A DNA stretch of 32,000 bases from Candidatus Odinarchaeota archaeon (GTDB lineage: Archaea; Asgardarchaeota; Odinarchaeia; Odinarchaeales; Odinarchaeaceae), in contig JAEOUO010000003.1 in NCBI GenBank assembly GCA_016839265.1, forward strand, positions 1 through 32,000, read 5' to 3'. Positions 8,711 through 17,437 of this stretch are shown piece by piece. Made by a program: the position numbers and the translations under genes. Position 1 is the stretch's first letter; each line of letters starts with the position of its first letter. The notes beneath the pieces are model-generated. The model was not told the DNA's origin. It did no database searches and was given only the letters and a program-made list of their open reading frames with translations.

Positions 8711-9640
8711 TTAAATTTTAAAATCATATAACTCAGTGGAGAGGTATCTTTCACCTGTATCCGGTAAAACCACTACAATATTATCTTTAGGAGAGTACTC
8801 TCTAGAAACTTGTATCGCAGCCCATAAAGCAGCCCCAGAAGAGATACCTGCGAAAATTCCTTCAAGCCTAGCTAAACTTCGAGCTGTTTCCATAGCATCC
8901 ACATATTTAACGGTTACCACACGGTCGATTATTTTTAAATTAAGTATTTCAGGTATGAAGCCGGCTCCAATTCCTTGAATCTTATGAGATCCGGGTTTAC
9001 CGCCTGATAAAACAGGGGAGTCACTGGGTTCTACAGCTATAATCGATATACGCGAACCTAAACGCTTTTTTAAAACTTCTCCCACACCTGTAATTGTTCC
9101 TCCTGTTCCGACACCTGCAACAAACGCTTGAATATCTCCACCGGTATCCTCTAATATTTCCAAAGCTGTGGTTCTCCGGTGGATTTCAGGGTTAGCCGCG
9201 TTTTTAAACTGTTGGGGTATAAACACGTTTTTATCAGCGGAGGCTAATCGCTCAGCTTCCTCGACAGCTCCACGCATACCTCTCTCAGCCGGAGTTAAAA
9301 TTATCTCAGCACCGTAAGCTTTTAGAATCTTTCTCCTTTCAACAGACATGCTCTCCGGCATTGTAAGTATCAGCTTATATCCTTTAGCTGCAGCTACCAT
9401 AGCTAAAGCAATACCAGTGTTACCGGATGTAGGTTCAACGATAGTATCACCGGGTTTAAGTATACCCGCTTTTTCAGCTGCTTCAATCATAGATAACCCT
9501 ATTCGATCTTTCACGCTTCCCCCCGGATTAAACGATTCTAGTTTAGCTAGTATATTCGCTTGACGGGGGTGGCCTATTTTATGAAGTTTAACGAGCGGAG
9601 TTCGACCGATAGTTTCAAGTATACTATTATATATGTGCAC
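8711..9640 (-). CDS. cysK: cysteine synthase A (O-acetylserine sulfhydrylase)
   Basis: [10 protein letters not shown] (PLP Lys), [25 protein letters not shown]. Confidence 0.95.
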   Translation of the reverse strand: MHIYNSILETIGRTPLVKLHKIGHPRQANILAKLESFNPGGSVKDRIGLSMIEAAEKAGILKPGDTIVEPTSGNTGIALAMVAAAKGYKLILTMPESMSVERRKILKAYGAEIILTPAERGMRGAVEEAERLASADKNVFIPQQFKNAANPEIHRRTTALEILEDTGGDIQAFVAGVGTGGTITGVGEVLKKRLGSRISIIAVEPSDSPVLSGGKPGSHKIQGIGAGFIPEILNLKIIDRVVTVKYVDAMETARSLARLEGIFAGISSGAALWAAIQVSREYSPKDNIVVVLPDTGERYLSTELYDFKI

Positions 9641-10415
9641 TTCGATGCACCTCTTCGAGTTCTAACTCCAATTTTTTAATTCTGCGATCCATATCCGATA
9701 TAAGCTGGCTAACAGGGTCAGGGATTTTACGGTGATCTAAATCTGTTTTTAAATCAACCTCATCTTTTTTAACAACTCTACCCGGAACACCGACCACTAC
9801 ACTGTTAGATGGAACATCGCTGATTACAACAGAGTTAGCCCCGATCTTCACATTATCTCCTATTAGAACAGGGCCTAGAATTTTAGCTCCCGCACCGATA
9901 ACTACATTACTACCTATCGTCGGGTGGCGTTTACCTTTCTCAAGGCTCACGCCGCCTAGTGTAACACCTTGATATATTGTAACGTTATCTCCTATTTCAC
10001 TGGTTTCACCGATTACTACACCTGAACCGTGATCGATGAAGAAACCGCTACCGATTTTAGCACCCGGGTGAATATCGATACCAGTGATTTGATAAGCTAT
10101 ATATGATAAGTACCTGGGTATGAAAGGAATATCTAACACCCATAGAAAATGCGCTATTCTATAGAGTAAAACTGCTTGAATCCCCGGGTAAGCTGTTAAA
10201 ACCTCGACTATGCTGCTGGCAGCGGGATCCTTATTGAATGCAGCTGAGATGTCTGTGGGAAAATTAACTAGGATATTATTGAGTTCCTCTACGACTTTAG
10301 CTACTTTATCCGCTTCGATTTTTAAATTTAACCCTAATAGGCATTTCTCGCATAGACGTGTATCATATTTCGAAGTGAGGGTTTTACCGCAGCTTATGCA
10401 GATTAAGTTATTCAC
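9627..10415 (-). CDS. cysE: serine O-acetyltransferase with N-terminal CxxC-x12-CxxC extension
   Basis: [21 protein letters not shown]-x-GVVIGET, KRHPTIG hexapeptide repeats. Confidence 0.93.
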   Translation of the reverse strand: MNNLICISCGKTLTSKYDTRLCEKCLLGLNLKIEADKVAKVVEELNNILVNFPTDISAAFNKDPAASSIVEVLTAYPGIQAVLLYRIAHFLWVLDIPFIPRYLSYIAYQITGIDIHPGAKIGSGFFIDHGSGVVIGETSEIGDNVTIYQGVTLGGVSLEKGKRHPTIGSNVVIGAGAKILGPVLIGDNVKIGANSVVISDVPSNSVVVGVPGRVVKKDEVDLKTDLDHRKIPDPVSQLISDMDRRIKKLELELEEVHRSAHI

Positions 10416-10426
10416 TAAATCACCTA

Positions 10427-10456
10427 TAATATAACACTGTTATATTACAATATAAA
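10427..10456 (-). promoter_or_regulatory. cys operon promoter with candidate operator
   Basis: Inverted repeat TAATATAAC-act-GTTATATTA (10427-10447) directly downstream of minus-strand TTTATATT (10449-10456). Confidence 0.4.
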
Positions 10457-10491
10457 TTTTATGTAAGTTAGAATTAACAACTTAAATCGAA

Positions 10492-11307
10492 TTATAGACG
10501 GGTCTTCAAAAATTCGATAGCTTCTTTCAATCGAACCGGTAGATTCTTACAGTCTGGTAGATTCGCGAAAAGTTGAGTGACAGTGGGTGGCTTCAACCGG
10601 TGCTCTCTCAGTAGAGGAATATTTGTTAACACTGTCTCCACGCCGCCTTCACATATAATTCTACCTTCATCAAGCAAATAGCATCGGTCGAACATTTCAG
10701 CGGCGAAATCCATGTCATGGGTTGCGATAATAATGGTTTTACCTCTCTCATGTAAATGTTTAATAATGTTAACTAGTTCCTCGACTCCAGCAGGGTCTAG
10801 GTTAGATGTAGGTTCATCTAAGACAAGTATCTCCGGGTCTGTTACGAGAATAGAGGCGATTGAGAGCTTCTTTTTCTCTCCGTAGCTTAACTGAAATGTA
10901 ACTCTTTCATTATAGTCTTTTAAACCGACTGCGTTAAGCGCTTCACTGATTTTCTTCAAGATTTCCTCTTCGCTTAACCCTGTGTGCAGTAAACCGTAAG
11001 CTACTTCCTCTTCCACCGTATTCTTTAAGATTTGGTCATTAGGGTCTTGGAAGACTAAGCCGACTATGCGGCGTATTTTAAAAACATCTTTCTCGTTTAA
11101 AGTGTTAAACCCGTCTACTATTACTGAGCCTTTAAGAGGTTTAAGTAAACCGTTTAAGTGGAGTAGAAGAGTTGATTTACCGGCGCCGTTAGGGCCGATA
11201 ACCCCTACGCATTCTCCTTTATAAACCGTCATGTTTACGTCGAATAAGCCTTTATCTGTTTTAGGATACTTGAAAAAAAGATTATTTACAGTTAATAATG
11301 GTTTCAT
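10492..11307 (-). CDS. cbiO: ECF Co/Ni transporter ATPase CbiO
   Basis: GPNGAGKST, VFQDPNDQ, LSYGEKK, LDEPT; operon context. Confidence 0.9.
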   Translation of the reverse strand: MKPLLTVNNLFFKYPKTDKGLFDVNMTVYKGECVGVIGPNGAGKSTLLLHLNGLLKPLKGSVIVDGFNTLNEKDVFKIRRIVGLVFQDPNDQILKNTVEEEVAYGLLHTGLSEEEILKKISEALNAVGLKDYNERVTFQLSYGEKKKLSIASILVTDPEILVLDEPTSNLDPAGVEELVNIIKHLHERGKTIIIATHDMDFAAEMFDRCYLLDEGRIICEGGVETVLTNIPLLREHRLKPPTVTQLFANLPDCKNLPVRLKEAIEFLKTRL

Positions 11308-11331
11308 AAATTCACCTTTCGAGAAAACTTT

Positions 11332-12168
11332 TTAAAAACTTGTTAAAAAAGTTAAGCCCGGTAGCACTCCTTTATCTATTAAAACTATTAGAGTGAAAAA
11401 ACCGATTGAGCATAGAAGATAAGCTATGTCGCCTATATTAATTTTAAGAGAGCGAAGAGAGCGGTAAGATCCGTCGAAGCCTCTGGCTAGCATAGCGTTA
11501 TAAATATTACTAGCTTTAACATTGCTGCGTAGGAGAATATTAGACGCGACAGGTATAACGGATTTAACGCGCTCTAAGAAACTCGGCTTCCAAAATCTTC
11601 GGGCTTCTTGAGCTCGACTAACCCGCATCGCTTCGTGAACGAATACGAAAATATATTTCAGCGTTAAATCGAATGTAACCGTGAATAAGCGTGGAGCTCG
11701 AAGCGATGATAAAGCCACGGTGATCTTATCAAAAGAAGTTGACATAACTAATAGATTTAATAGTGTTAAAGCAGTCCAGACGCGTAACACTAAGCTCAGC
11801 GCTGCGTAAACCCCTTCGCGTGTAATCGTGATCTTTAAGCCTATAATATTGGTTTGAGCTATGATTTCCCCTGGCGTGGTGAAAGGTAAAGGTAATGCGA
11901 TAAGCGCTGTGAAGAAGACTATGAACGTTAAACTTCTTAAAATGAAATCTTTCACGTTTATTCTACTAGCTGTCGCTAAAAAAACTGTAGCTGAGAGGAT
12001 AATAAGATATAGTAGAATGCTTTGAATTAATGTAACGCAGATTATACCTGTGAACGCGGCTAGGATTTTTATGCGTGGATCCAGTTTCTGGAGAAAAAAG
12101 TTTCTGCGAGCGCTCTCCTCTAAGATGAAAACGTCTTCGAAGAATTCGTATAATTTAGAGAAGGGCAC
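11332..12168 (-). CDS. cbiQ: ECF Co/Ni transporter T component CbiQ
   Basis: LDPRIK, AQEAR and AMLARGF motifs; membrane protein. Confidence 0.9.
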   Translation of the reverse strand: MPFSKLYEFFEDVFILEESARRNFFLQKLDPRIKILAAFTGIICVTLIQSILLYLIILSATVFLATASRINVKDFILRSLTFIVFFTALIALPLPFTTPGEIIAQTNIIGLKITITREGVYAALSLVLRVWTALTLLNLLVMSTSFDKITVALSSLRAPRLFTVTFDLTLKYIFVFVHEAMRVSRAQEARRFWKPSFLERVKSVIPVASNILLRSNVKASNIYNAMLARGFDGSYRSLRSLKINIGDIAYLLCSIGFFTLIVLIDKGVLPGLTFLTSF

Positions 12169-12180
12169 TCTTCACGCCTC

Positions 12181-12480
12181 TTAAGAGTGTTTTTTAACCT
12201 TCACGTATATCAGTGATATGCATATAATAGTAGCAGCTGTGACGGCTACGCCGATTAACCCGGGTATCAGTGTGCCAAGCCATTCACCGCCGATGTTAAG
12301 GAAATAGTCTGGGATAGGCGCATGCCAGACAGGTTCACTCTCCACTACACCTAGTGTTTCAGCTACTCTTTCAAGCCCATCCGGGAAAGCTGAAGCTAAC
12401 GGGATAAACACTGCTAATAATACGATGATTACAGCTAAACTGATCTTAGCCCAACGTGGAAAGCTGAGTTTTAAACTCAT
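12181..12480 (-). CDS. PDGLE-domain CbiN/NikN-like component
   Basis: Two TM helices flanking FPDGLERVAE...PIPDY. Confidence 0.85.
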   Translation of the reverse strand: MSLKLSFPRWAKISLAVIIVLLAVFIPLASAFPDGLERVAETLGVVESEPVWHAPIPDYFLNIGGEWLGTLIPGLIGVAVTAATIICISLIYVKVKKHS

Positions 12481-12497
12481 TTTTCAACTCCTCCCAT

Positions 12498-13172
12498 TTA
12501 TTTTATAATAGGCGGCTCAACCGCTACGTTTAATCCTTTAACAGCGGGTATCAGTTCATTGTTTGTTTTCAACACTACGGCGACGACGGCTGAAGAGATA
12601 ATAGCTTCACCGAATGCGATGATGGTATGCCAGAAAAGCATCGCTGGTACAGTGACCTCTATTCCGTAAGGGAATATGCTTGATAAACCTATCTCTAAAC
12701 CGCAAGCTAAAGCCGCTGTGATAACTGAAAGCCAGGATCCGATGAAGACGCCGGTTAGAATCCCTCTCTCTCCTGGGATATATCTTCGAATCAGCGCGTA
12801 GACGGTGAACCCTGTGAAAACTGCGATCATCGCCATGTTGAAGCTGTTCGCTCCGAGCGCTGTTAAACCACCGTCACCGAAGATTAATCCTTGAATTAAT
12901 AGTATGATTGTCATGCTTACTACTGCTGGAAACGGGCCTAGGAGAACTGCGATGAGTGTAGCGCCGATTAGGTGACCGCTGGTTCCGCCGATGATCGGGA
13001 AGTTGAGCATTTGAGCGGCGAATACGCCTGCTGTTAGAACCGCCATTAGCGGTATGTTTCTTTCACTAATATTTTTATTAGCTTTATAAAAGGATGGGAT
13101 CCATATTAAAGCGGCTATGATGAACATAGCTATAGTTAAAGTTAAGTCTAGGAATCCGTCTGGTATATGCAT
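12498..13172 (-). CDS. cbiM: ECF Co/Ni substrate-binding component CbiM/NikM
   Basis: N-terminal MHIPDGFL metal-binding motif, QMLNFP...GTSGH, GDGGLTALGAN. Confidence 0.93.
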   Translation of the reverse strand: MHIPDGFLDLTLTIAMFIIAALIWIPSFYKANKNISERNIPLMAVLTAGVFAAQMLNFPIIGGTSGHLIGATLIAVLLGPFPAVVSMTIILLIQGLIFGDGGLTALGANSFNMAMIAVFTGFTVYALIRRYIPGERGILTGVFIGSWLSVITAALACGLEIGLSSIFPYGIEVTVPAMLFWHTIIAFGEAIISSAVVAVVLKTNNELIPAVKGLNVAVEPPIIK

Positions 13173-13193
13173 AAAACCACCGTTTACCGCTTC

Positions 13194-13229
13194 ATATTAC
13201 AGTAATATAAATTTTTCTAAAAGTATTAT
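13194..13229. promoter_or_regulatory. candidate metal-regulator (NikR-like) operator over the cbiM TATA box
   Basis: GTAATA-N16-TATTAT (13202-13229, 5/6 palindromic) flanking minus-strand TTTATATT; also ATATTAC-a-GTAATAT. Confidence 0.35.
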
Positions 13230-13260
13230 TTTGAGCATATTTTAACTATTGAAAATAATA

Positions 13261-14184
13261 CTATAGTAGAGATAACAGCGCGGCCGCGCTTATTAAAAAC
13301 CCGCCGATAAAAATGTAAATAGAAACCGGTTCAAATAGAAAAACATATGATATTAAAACCGCGAATAGGATTTCTGAAAGCAAAATCACAGCTACACTAG
13401 TCGCGGAGATACACTGTAACCCTTTAAAATATGTTAGAAAAGCTAAAACAGTGCAGACGATGCTTAAATATAATATGCTGAAAACGCTTTCACATGTCAG
13501 TAAACCGGTGAAAACCGATTGATCTAGAAACGTGTAAGTTAACGCTACAGGTGTGAAAACCAGAGTGGTAAATAATAGATTAATCCATGTTAAATTAAAT
13601 AAGTCAATCGAGTTATCTGATCCATCGAAGTCGACTACTCTCTTAGAGTAAACGATGTAAAACGCCCACACTAAGCCCGCTGTTAAAACCAGTATGTCAC
13701 CGATGAAACCTCCGGAGAATATTATCGAGAGATCACCGTTCAAGATCAACGTTAACGCTCCTATTAAACCAAGAATTAGCGCAACCGCTCTCCGCTTAGT
13801 TAAACGCTCTTTTAGAATGAAAGCCGCGAATAAGGCGACGAAAACCACGTTTAAATTCACTAAAAGAGAGGCTTTCGAAGCCGTAGTGTAAGCTAAACCT
13901 GTAAACTCTAAAAGATATCCTGCAGCGTTTAACAAACCTATTAAAATAACATTTTTATTCACAAGGAGGCTTTTAACGGTTTTCATTCTTTCAATGATAA
14001 ACGGTGTGAAAAATACGCTGGCGGTTAGAAAGCGAAAAAATAAAAACACCACGGGGTTTATGAACCCGACACCCCATCGAATAACAGGGAAGGAGCTACC
14101 CCAAGCTACCGCCGAGATTAAAGTGAATGTGAAACCTTTCACAGTTTTATTCTTAGATGAAAACATTGAATCAATGTTTTTCAA
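13261..14184 (-). CDS. DMT/EamA family transporter
   Basis: Ten TM segments, WGSSF...RF and duplicated EamA pattern. Confidence 0.88.
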   Translation of the reverse strand: MKNIDSMFSSKNKTVKGFTFTLISAVAWGSSFPVIRWGVGFINPVVFLFFRFLTASVFFTPFIIERMKTVKSLLVNKNVILIGLLNAAGYLLEFTGLAYTTASKASLLVNLNVVFVALFAAFILKERLTKRRAVALILGLIGALTLILNGDLSIIFSGGFIGDILVLTAGLVWAFYIVYSKRVVDFDGSDNSIDLFNLTWINLLFTTLVFTPVALTYTFLDQSVFTGLLTCESVFSILYLSIVCTVLAFLTYFKGLQCISATSVAVILLSEILFAVLISYVFLFEPVSIYIFIGGFLISAAALLSLL

Positions 14185-14196
14185 AAAAACTCTCTC

Positions 14197-14718
14197 CTAG
14201 CTTTTTTTCTCTCGTAGCCGTAAGCGGATAGCTTGCAAAAAGATTTCTACAGCTGTATGCATTTTTGAAAGCAGAGCAGTTCGCTCCTCTCTTGGAAGCT
14301 GATCTACACCGCGCAGCCATTTTTCGATCTGCTCGCCTGCGGATGGTAGAGTTAAATCGAAGCCTAAGCTAGCTGTATCGAATACGCTTATAATCGCTAC
14401 GCTTAACTTATATAATTCCTCTCTTCCTAGACTGGTTAACTTGTATTTTTTAAGTTTCAAGTCTCCGTGCTCTTGAATTAGACTGGTTACAAGCTGACTG
14501 CGCTCCAGGTGCTTTAACTCATTATAGATTAAATAATTTGAAGGCTTCCATGTTTGAGAAGTGTTTTCTAGAATCGTCTTCCTGATATTGTAACCGTGGT
14601 CTTCGCCGTCTATAAGTTTCGCTAAAATATATAGTCTTAGAAGAATTTTCTTAGGTTTCTTGAAGAACTCGTTTAGAATTGTTTTCTTCTCTTCTAAGCT
14701 TAACTTAAAGCTTTGCAT
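14197..14718 (-). CDS. PadR-family transcriptional regulator
   Basis: L-x-GEDHGYNI...W-x-PS...IY-x-EL-x-x-LE...K-x-Y-x-LT-x-x-G winged-helix pattern. Confidence 0.85.
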   Translation of the reverse strand: MQSFKLSLEEKKTILNEFFKKPKKILLRLYILAKLIDGEDHGYNIRKTILENTSQTWKPSNYLIYNELKHLERSQLVTSLIQEHGDLKLKKYKLTSLGREELYKLSVAIISVFDTASLGFDLTLPSAGEQIEKWLRGVDQLPREERTALLSKMHTAVEIFLQAIRLRLREKKS

Positions 14719-14767
14719 AGAGTCCGCCTTAAACTTTTATTTTTTACAGTATTGTTATGATTAATAT

Positions 14768-14808
14768 TTATATATGTTTTTAAACAACATGTTTTTTAAA
14801 AACATGTT
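14768..14808 (+). promoter_or_regulatory. SDR gene promoter with tandem PadR-type operator
   Basis: TTTATATA at 14768-14775; perfect 11-bp IR AACATGTTTTT-t-AAAAACATGTT (14786-14808); two overlapping ATGT-N9-ACAT sites (14774-14790, 14789-14805). Confidence 0.6.
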
Positions 14809-14819
14809 AGTGATGTAGA

Positions 14820-15824
14820 ATGAAAAACATTCTTTTAACAGGAGCAGCCGGCAACGTGGGCACTCCAACTCTACTAAAACTAATAGATGAAGAATATAAT
14901 ATCCGCGTATTCGAGAAACCCGCATCGAAAGAGAGAGTCTATCAAAGAAAACTCAAACGCTTCTATAAAATACTCGAAGAATACAGGGATAGAATTGAAG
15001 TTCACTGGGGGGATATCTCCAATCACCTGGATGTAGAGAAAGCGATGGAAGGCGTGGATGCTGTGATACATTTAGCCGCTGTGATACCGCCTCTATCAGA
15101 GATGAAACCTGATTTAGCGGTAACAGTAAACATTGAGGGAACACGAAACATTGTTAAAGCTATGGAGAAATTCAACGTCCGCCGGCTAATATACTCGTCT
15201 TCTGTCGCGGTCTACGGGGATCGGCGGAGTAACCCGTGGATTAAAAGAACCGATCCTGTTACATTGAATCCACCTGACACTTATACTAGAACAAAAATTG
15301 AATGTGAGAGAATCATAGAAGACTCCGACTTGGATTGGACGATCTTTAGACTTGGAGCAGTCTTCATTAAAAGCTTTAACATTGATTTAACCACGGTTAA
15401 AACAGCGCTAATAATGCCTTTAGACACCAGTCTAGAATGGATTAGCGCGGAGGACTGCGCTCAAGCACTAGTAGAGTCTTTAAAACACCCTGAGTTAATT
15501 AAACAAAAATATAATTTAGGTGGCGGATCCACGTGCAGGGTAGTATTCAAAGATTTCTTAAACCGTATTCTCCCCTTGCTAGGGTATCCGACTGATCTTC
15601 TACCTGTTGAAGCCTTCAATGCAGGTAACTCGCATGGAGGTTTTTTCGACGACGAGGAGTCGAAGAGATTAGCGGAAATACTTAAACATCAAAACACAAC
15701 TTTAGAAGAATACTATCAAAGTATTAAAGAATCAGTTAACCCTTTTAGAAGACATGTTCGCCGCTTATACACTACGTTGATGAAGCCTATTTTACAGAGA
15801 TACTTGAAAACTAAGTTAACTTGA
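14820..15824 (+). CDS. NAD-dependent epimerase/dehydratase (extended SDR)
   Basis: TGAAGNVG, DAVIHLAA, SSVAVYG, YTRTK (YxxxK). Confidence 0.88.
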   Translation: MKNILLTGAAGNVGTPTLLKLIDEEYNIRVFEKPASKERVYQRKLKRFYKILEEYRDRIEVHWGDISNHLDVEKAMEGVDAVIHLAAVIPPLSEMKPDLAVTVNIEGTRNIVKAMEKFNVRRLIYSSSVAVYGDRRSNPWIKRTDPVTLNPPDTYTRTKIECERIIEDSDLDWTIFRLGAVFIKSFNIDLTTVKTALIMPLDTSLEWISAEDCAQALVESLKHPELIKQKYNLGGGSTCRVVFKDFLNRILPLLGYPTDLLPVEAFNAGNSHGGFFDDEESKRLAEILKHQNTTLEEYYQSIKESVNPFRRHVRRLYTTLMKPILQRYLKTKLT

Positions 15825-15902
15825 AAGCCTTTTTAAGATTTAAATAATATACTAGCTTAGTTAAAAACGAGTTTAATAGTAGATAAATTAAGCTTTATTA
15901 AA

Positions 15903-16778
15903 GTGGTTTCAATGCAGTTTTTAACTGATTTACTGCCTTTAATAATTAATATAACTATTCTAATAGGTTTAATAATAGTTTACAAGATTTTATCCCGTTT
16001 TCTAAACATTCAGAAACTTAAAATAGGGGTCTCCCCTAGCTCGATTAACGCTGTGATTCTCTTAATCAGAATTATTTTCATCGCTGTAGGCGTCTCTATC
16101 ACTCTATCTATTTTAACCTCATCTTATCTTAACGTATTCATCGATCCAGCTTGGTTTATAAGCGCTTCCGCTTTAATAGGAACCGCTGTAGGGTTAGCAA
16201 CAGCCCAATCTCTGTCAAATATTATCGCAGGATTCTACATTCTCTTCACTCGTCCATTTCACGTCAACGACTATGTGAAAATCGGTAATGTTGAAGGACT
16301 TGTCGAAGAAGTGTCAATGAATAGAACGAGGCTGAGAGCCCCAGACGGCACAGTGTTACTTATACCGAATAATCAGATCTTAAATTCAACGCTCATCAAC
16401 TACCGGTTAAACAGGTTGGAAGCGGAGAAAATACTAGCTGAGAGCGAAGAGGAATCGTCTAGTAGAAAATTAACAGATCAATTAGTTGAACTTATTAAAT
16501 CACATAAACCAATATACAAGTATAGTTTCGAGCTTCCTATTCGAGTTGACTGGAATCTAAGCAATGTGAAAAAAGCAATCAGTAAAATCTGCGGTGAATG
16601 GGAGAGTATATTCCACTATAAGCCTGTATACGAGTTCACAGCCACGGATTTCTCTAAAAACGTTTTCACAATCTCGCTGATAACGGATAACGCTGAACTC
16701 ATTTTAGAGAAGAAGAATAGTTTTCTAGAAGCGCTTACAAGTGAAATCCAGAGAAGCGTCGGCGTTCAATCTCTTTAA
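15903..16778 (+). CDS. mscS: small-conductance mechanosensitive channel (MscS family)
   Basis: Three TM helices, G-LA-x-x-QSLSNIIAGFYIL...PF-x-V-x-DYVKIG-x-x-EG-x-VEE...IPN. Confidence 0.88.
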   Translation: MVSMQFLTDLLPLIINITILIGLIIVYKILSRFLNIQKLKIGVSPSSINAVILLIRIIFIAVGVSITLSILTSSYLNVFIDPAWFISASALIGTAVGLATAQSLSNIIAGFYILFTRPFHVNDYVKIGNVEGLVEEVSMNRTRLRAPDGTVLLIPNNQILNSTLINYRLNRLEAEKILAESEEESSSRKLTDQLVELIKSHKPIYKYSFELPIRVDWNLSNVKKAISKICGEWESIFHYKPVYEFTATDFSKNVFTISLITDNAELILEKKNSFLEALTSEIQRSVGVQSL

Positions 16779-16812
16779 TAAAATATATATCTTGGAGGGA
16801 CACCAGAAGATT

Positions 16813-17361
16813 TTAGCTTTCACACCTGTTTTTATTCAGTTTCTTACTGAGTTTTTCAAGTTTTTTCTCGAAGATGTTGATTGTTTCTTGAAGACGGTTC
16901 ACCATCTTTCTATGATTATCTTGAATCCAGTATATTAGAAGATTTGAGGCTTTCTCCCCTTCGCTGTCGGTGGCTTTATCAACGGTTGCCTTGAGCTTAC
17001 CGCATATCTCTAATAAATTTACTAGACGCTCAATCAACGAGTTTAAAAAGAAACTATGCATTTTCTCATCTAAATCGCCTTTACATAATGCTTTAGCGCT
17101 ATCCGAGTAGTCTGATAATTCTTTTAACAATTTTTGTCTTAAATCTAATATTTCCAGGTAGGTTTCAAACTGTCTTCTAAGAATATTATCATGTTCAAGA
17201 TATCTTTTTAAAAATTCATCTAAGAGGCGCTTCTTCTCTTCTAAGTTGGAGGGCGTAGGATCACTCGGTGAACCGAAATGAGAGCGTAAATACTCGTATA
17301 ATAAATCTAGGTACTCGCACTCCTCTCCTTTCATAAACCCCTCTCTCCGCTTCAAAACCAC
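16813..17361 (-). CDS. hypothetical all-helical/coiled-coil protein
   Basis: 182-aa open frame filling the gap between mscS and dinB; L/E/K-rich; no motif recognised. Confidence 0.65.
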   Translation of the reverse strand: MVLKRREGFMKGEECEYLDLLYEYLRSHFGSPSDPTPSNLEEKKRLLDEFLKRYLEHDNILRRQFETYLEILDLRQKLLKELSDYSDSAKALCKGDLDEKMHSFFLNSLIERLVNLLEICGKLKATVDKATDSEGEKASNLLIYWIQDNHRKMVNRLQETINIFEKKLEKLSKKLNKNRCES

Positions 17362-17437
17362 ACTGTTACATAATAAAATGTTTAACTATTATTTAAACTA
17401 TAATCAAGGTGTACGCGTCTACTATTTTTAAACAGGT

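Noticed and set aside
6941-10434. Plus-strand ORFs 6941-7261, 8736-8978, 9348-9563, 10210-10434
   Set aside because: Antisense to hsp20, cysS, cysK and cysE
13694-15144. Short ORFs 13694, 13994, 14880, 14953
   Set aside because: Overlap eamA or the SDR on the opposite strand
16741-16938. 65-aa plus-strand ORF
   Set aside because: Overlaps the mscS end and is antisense to the 182-aa ORF
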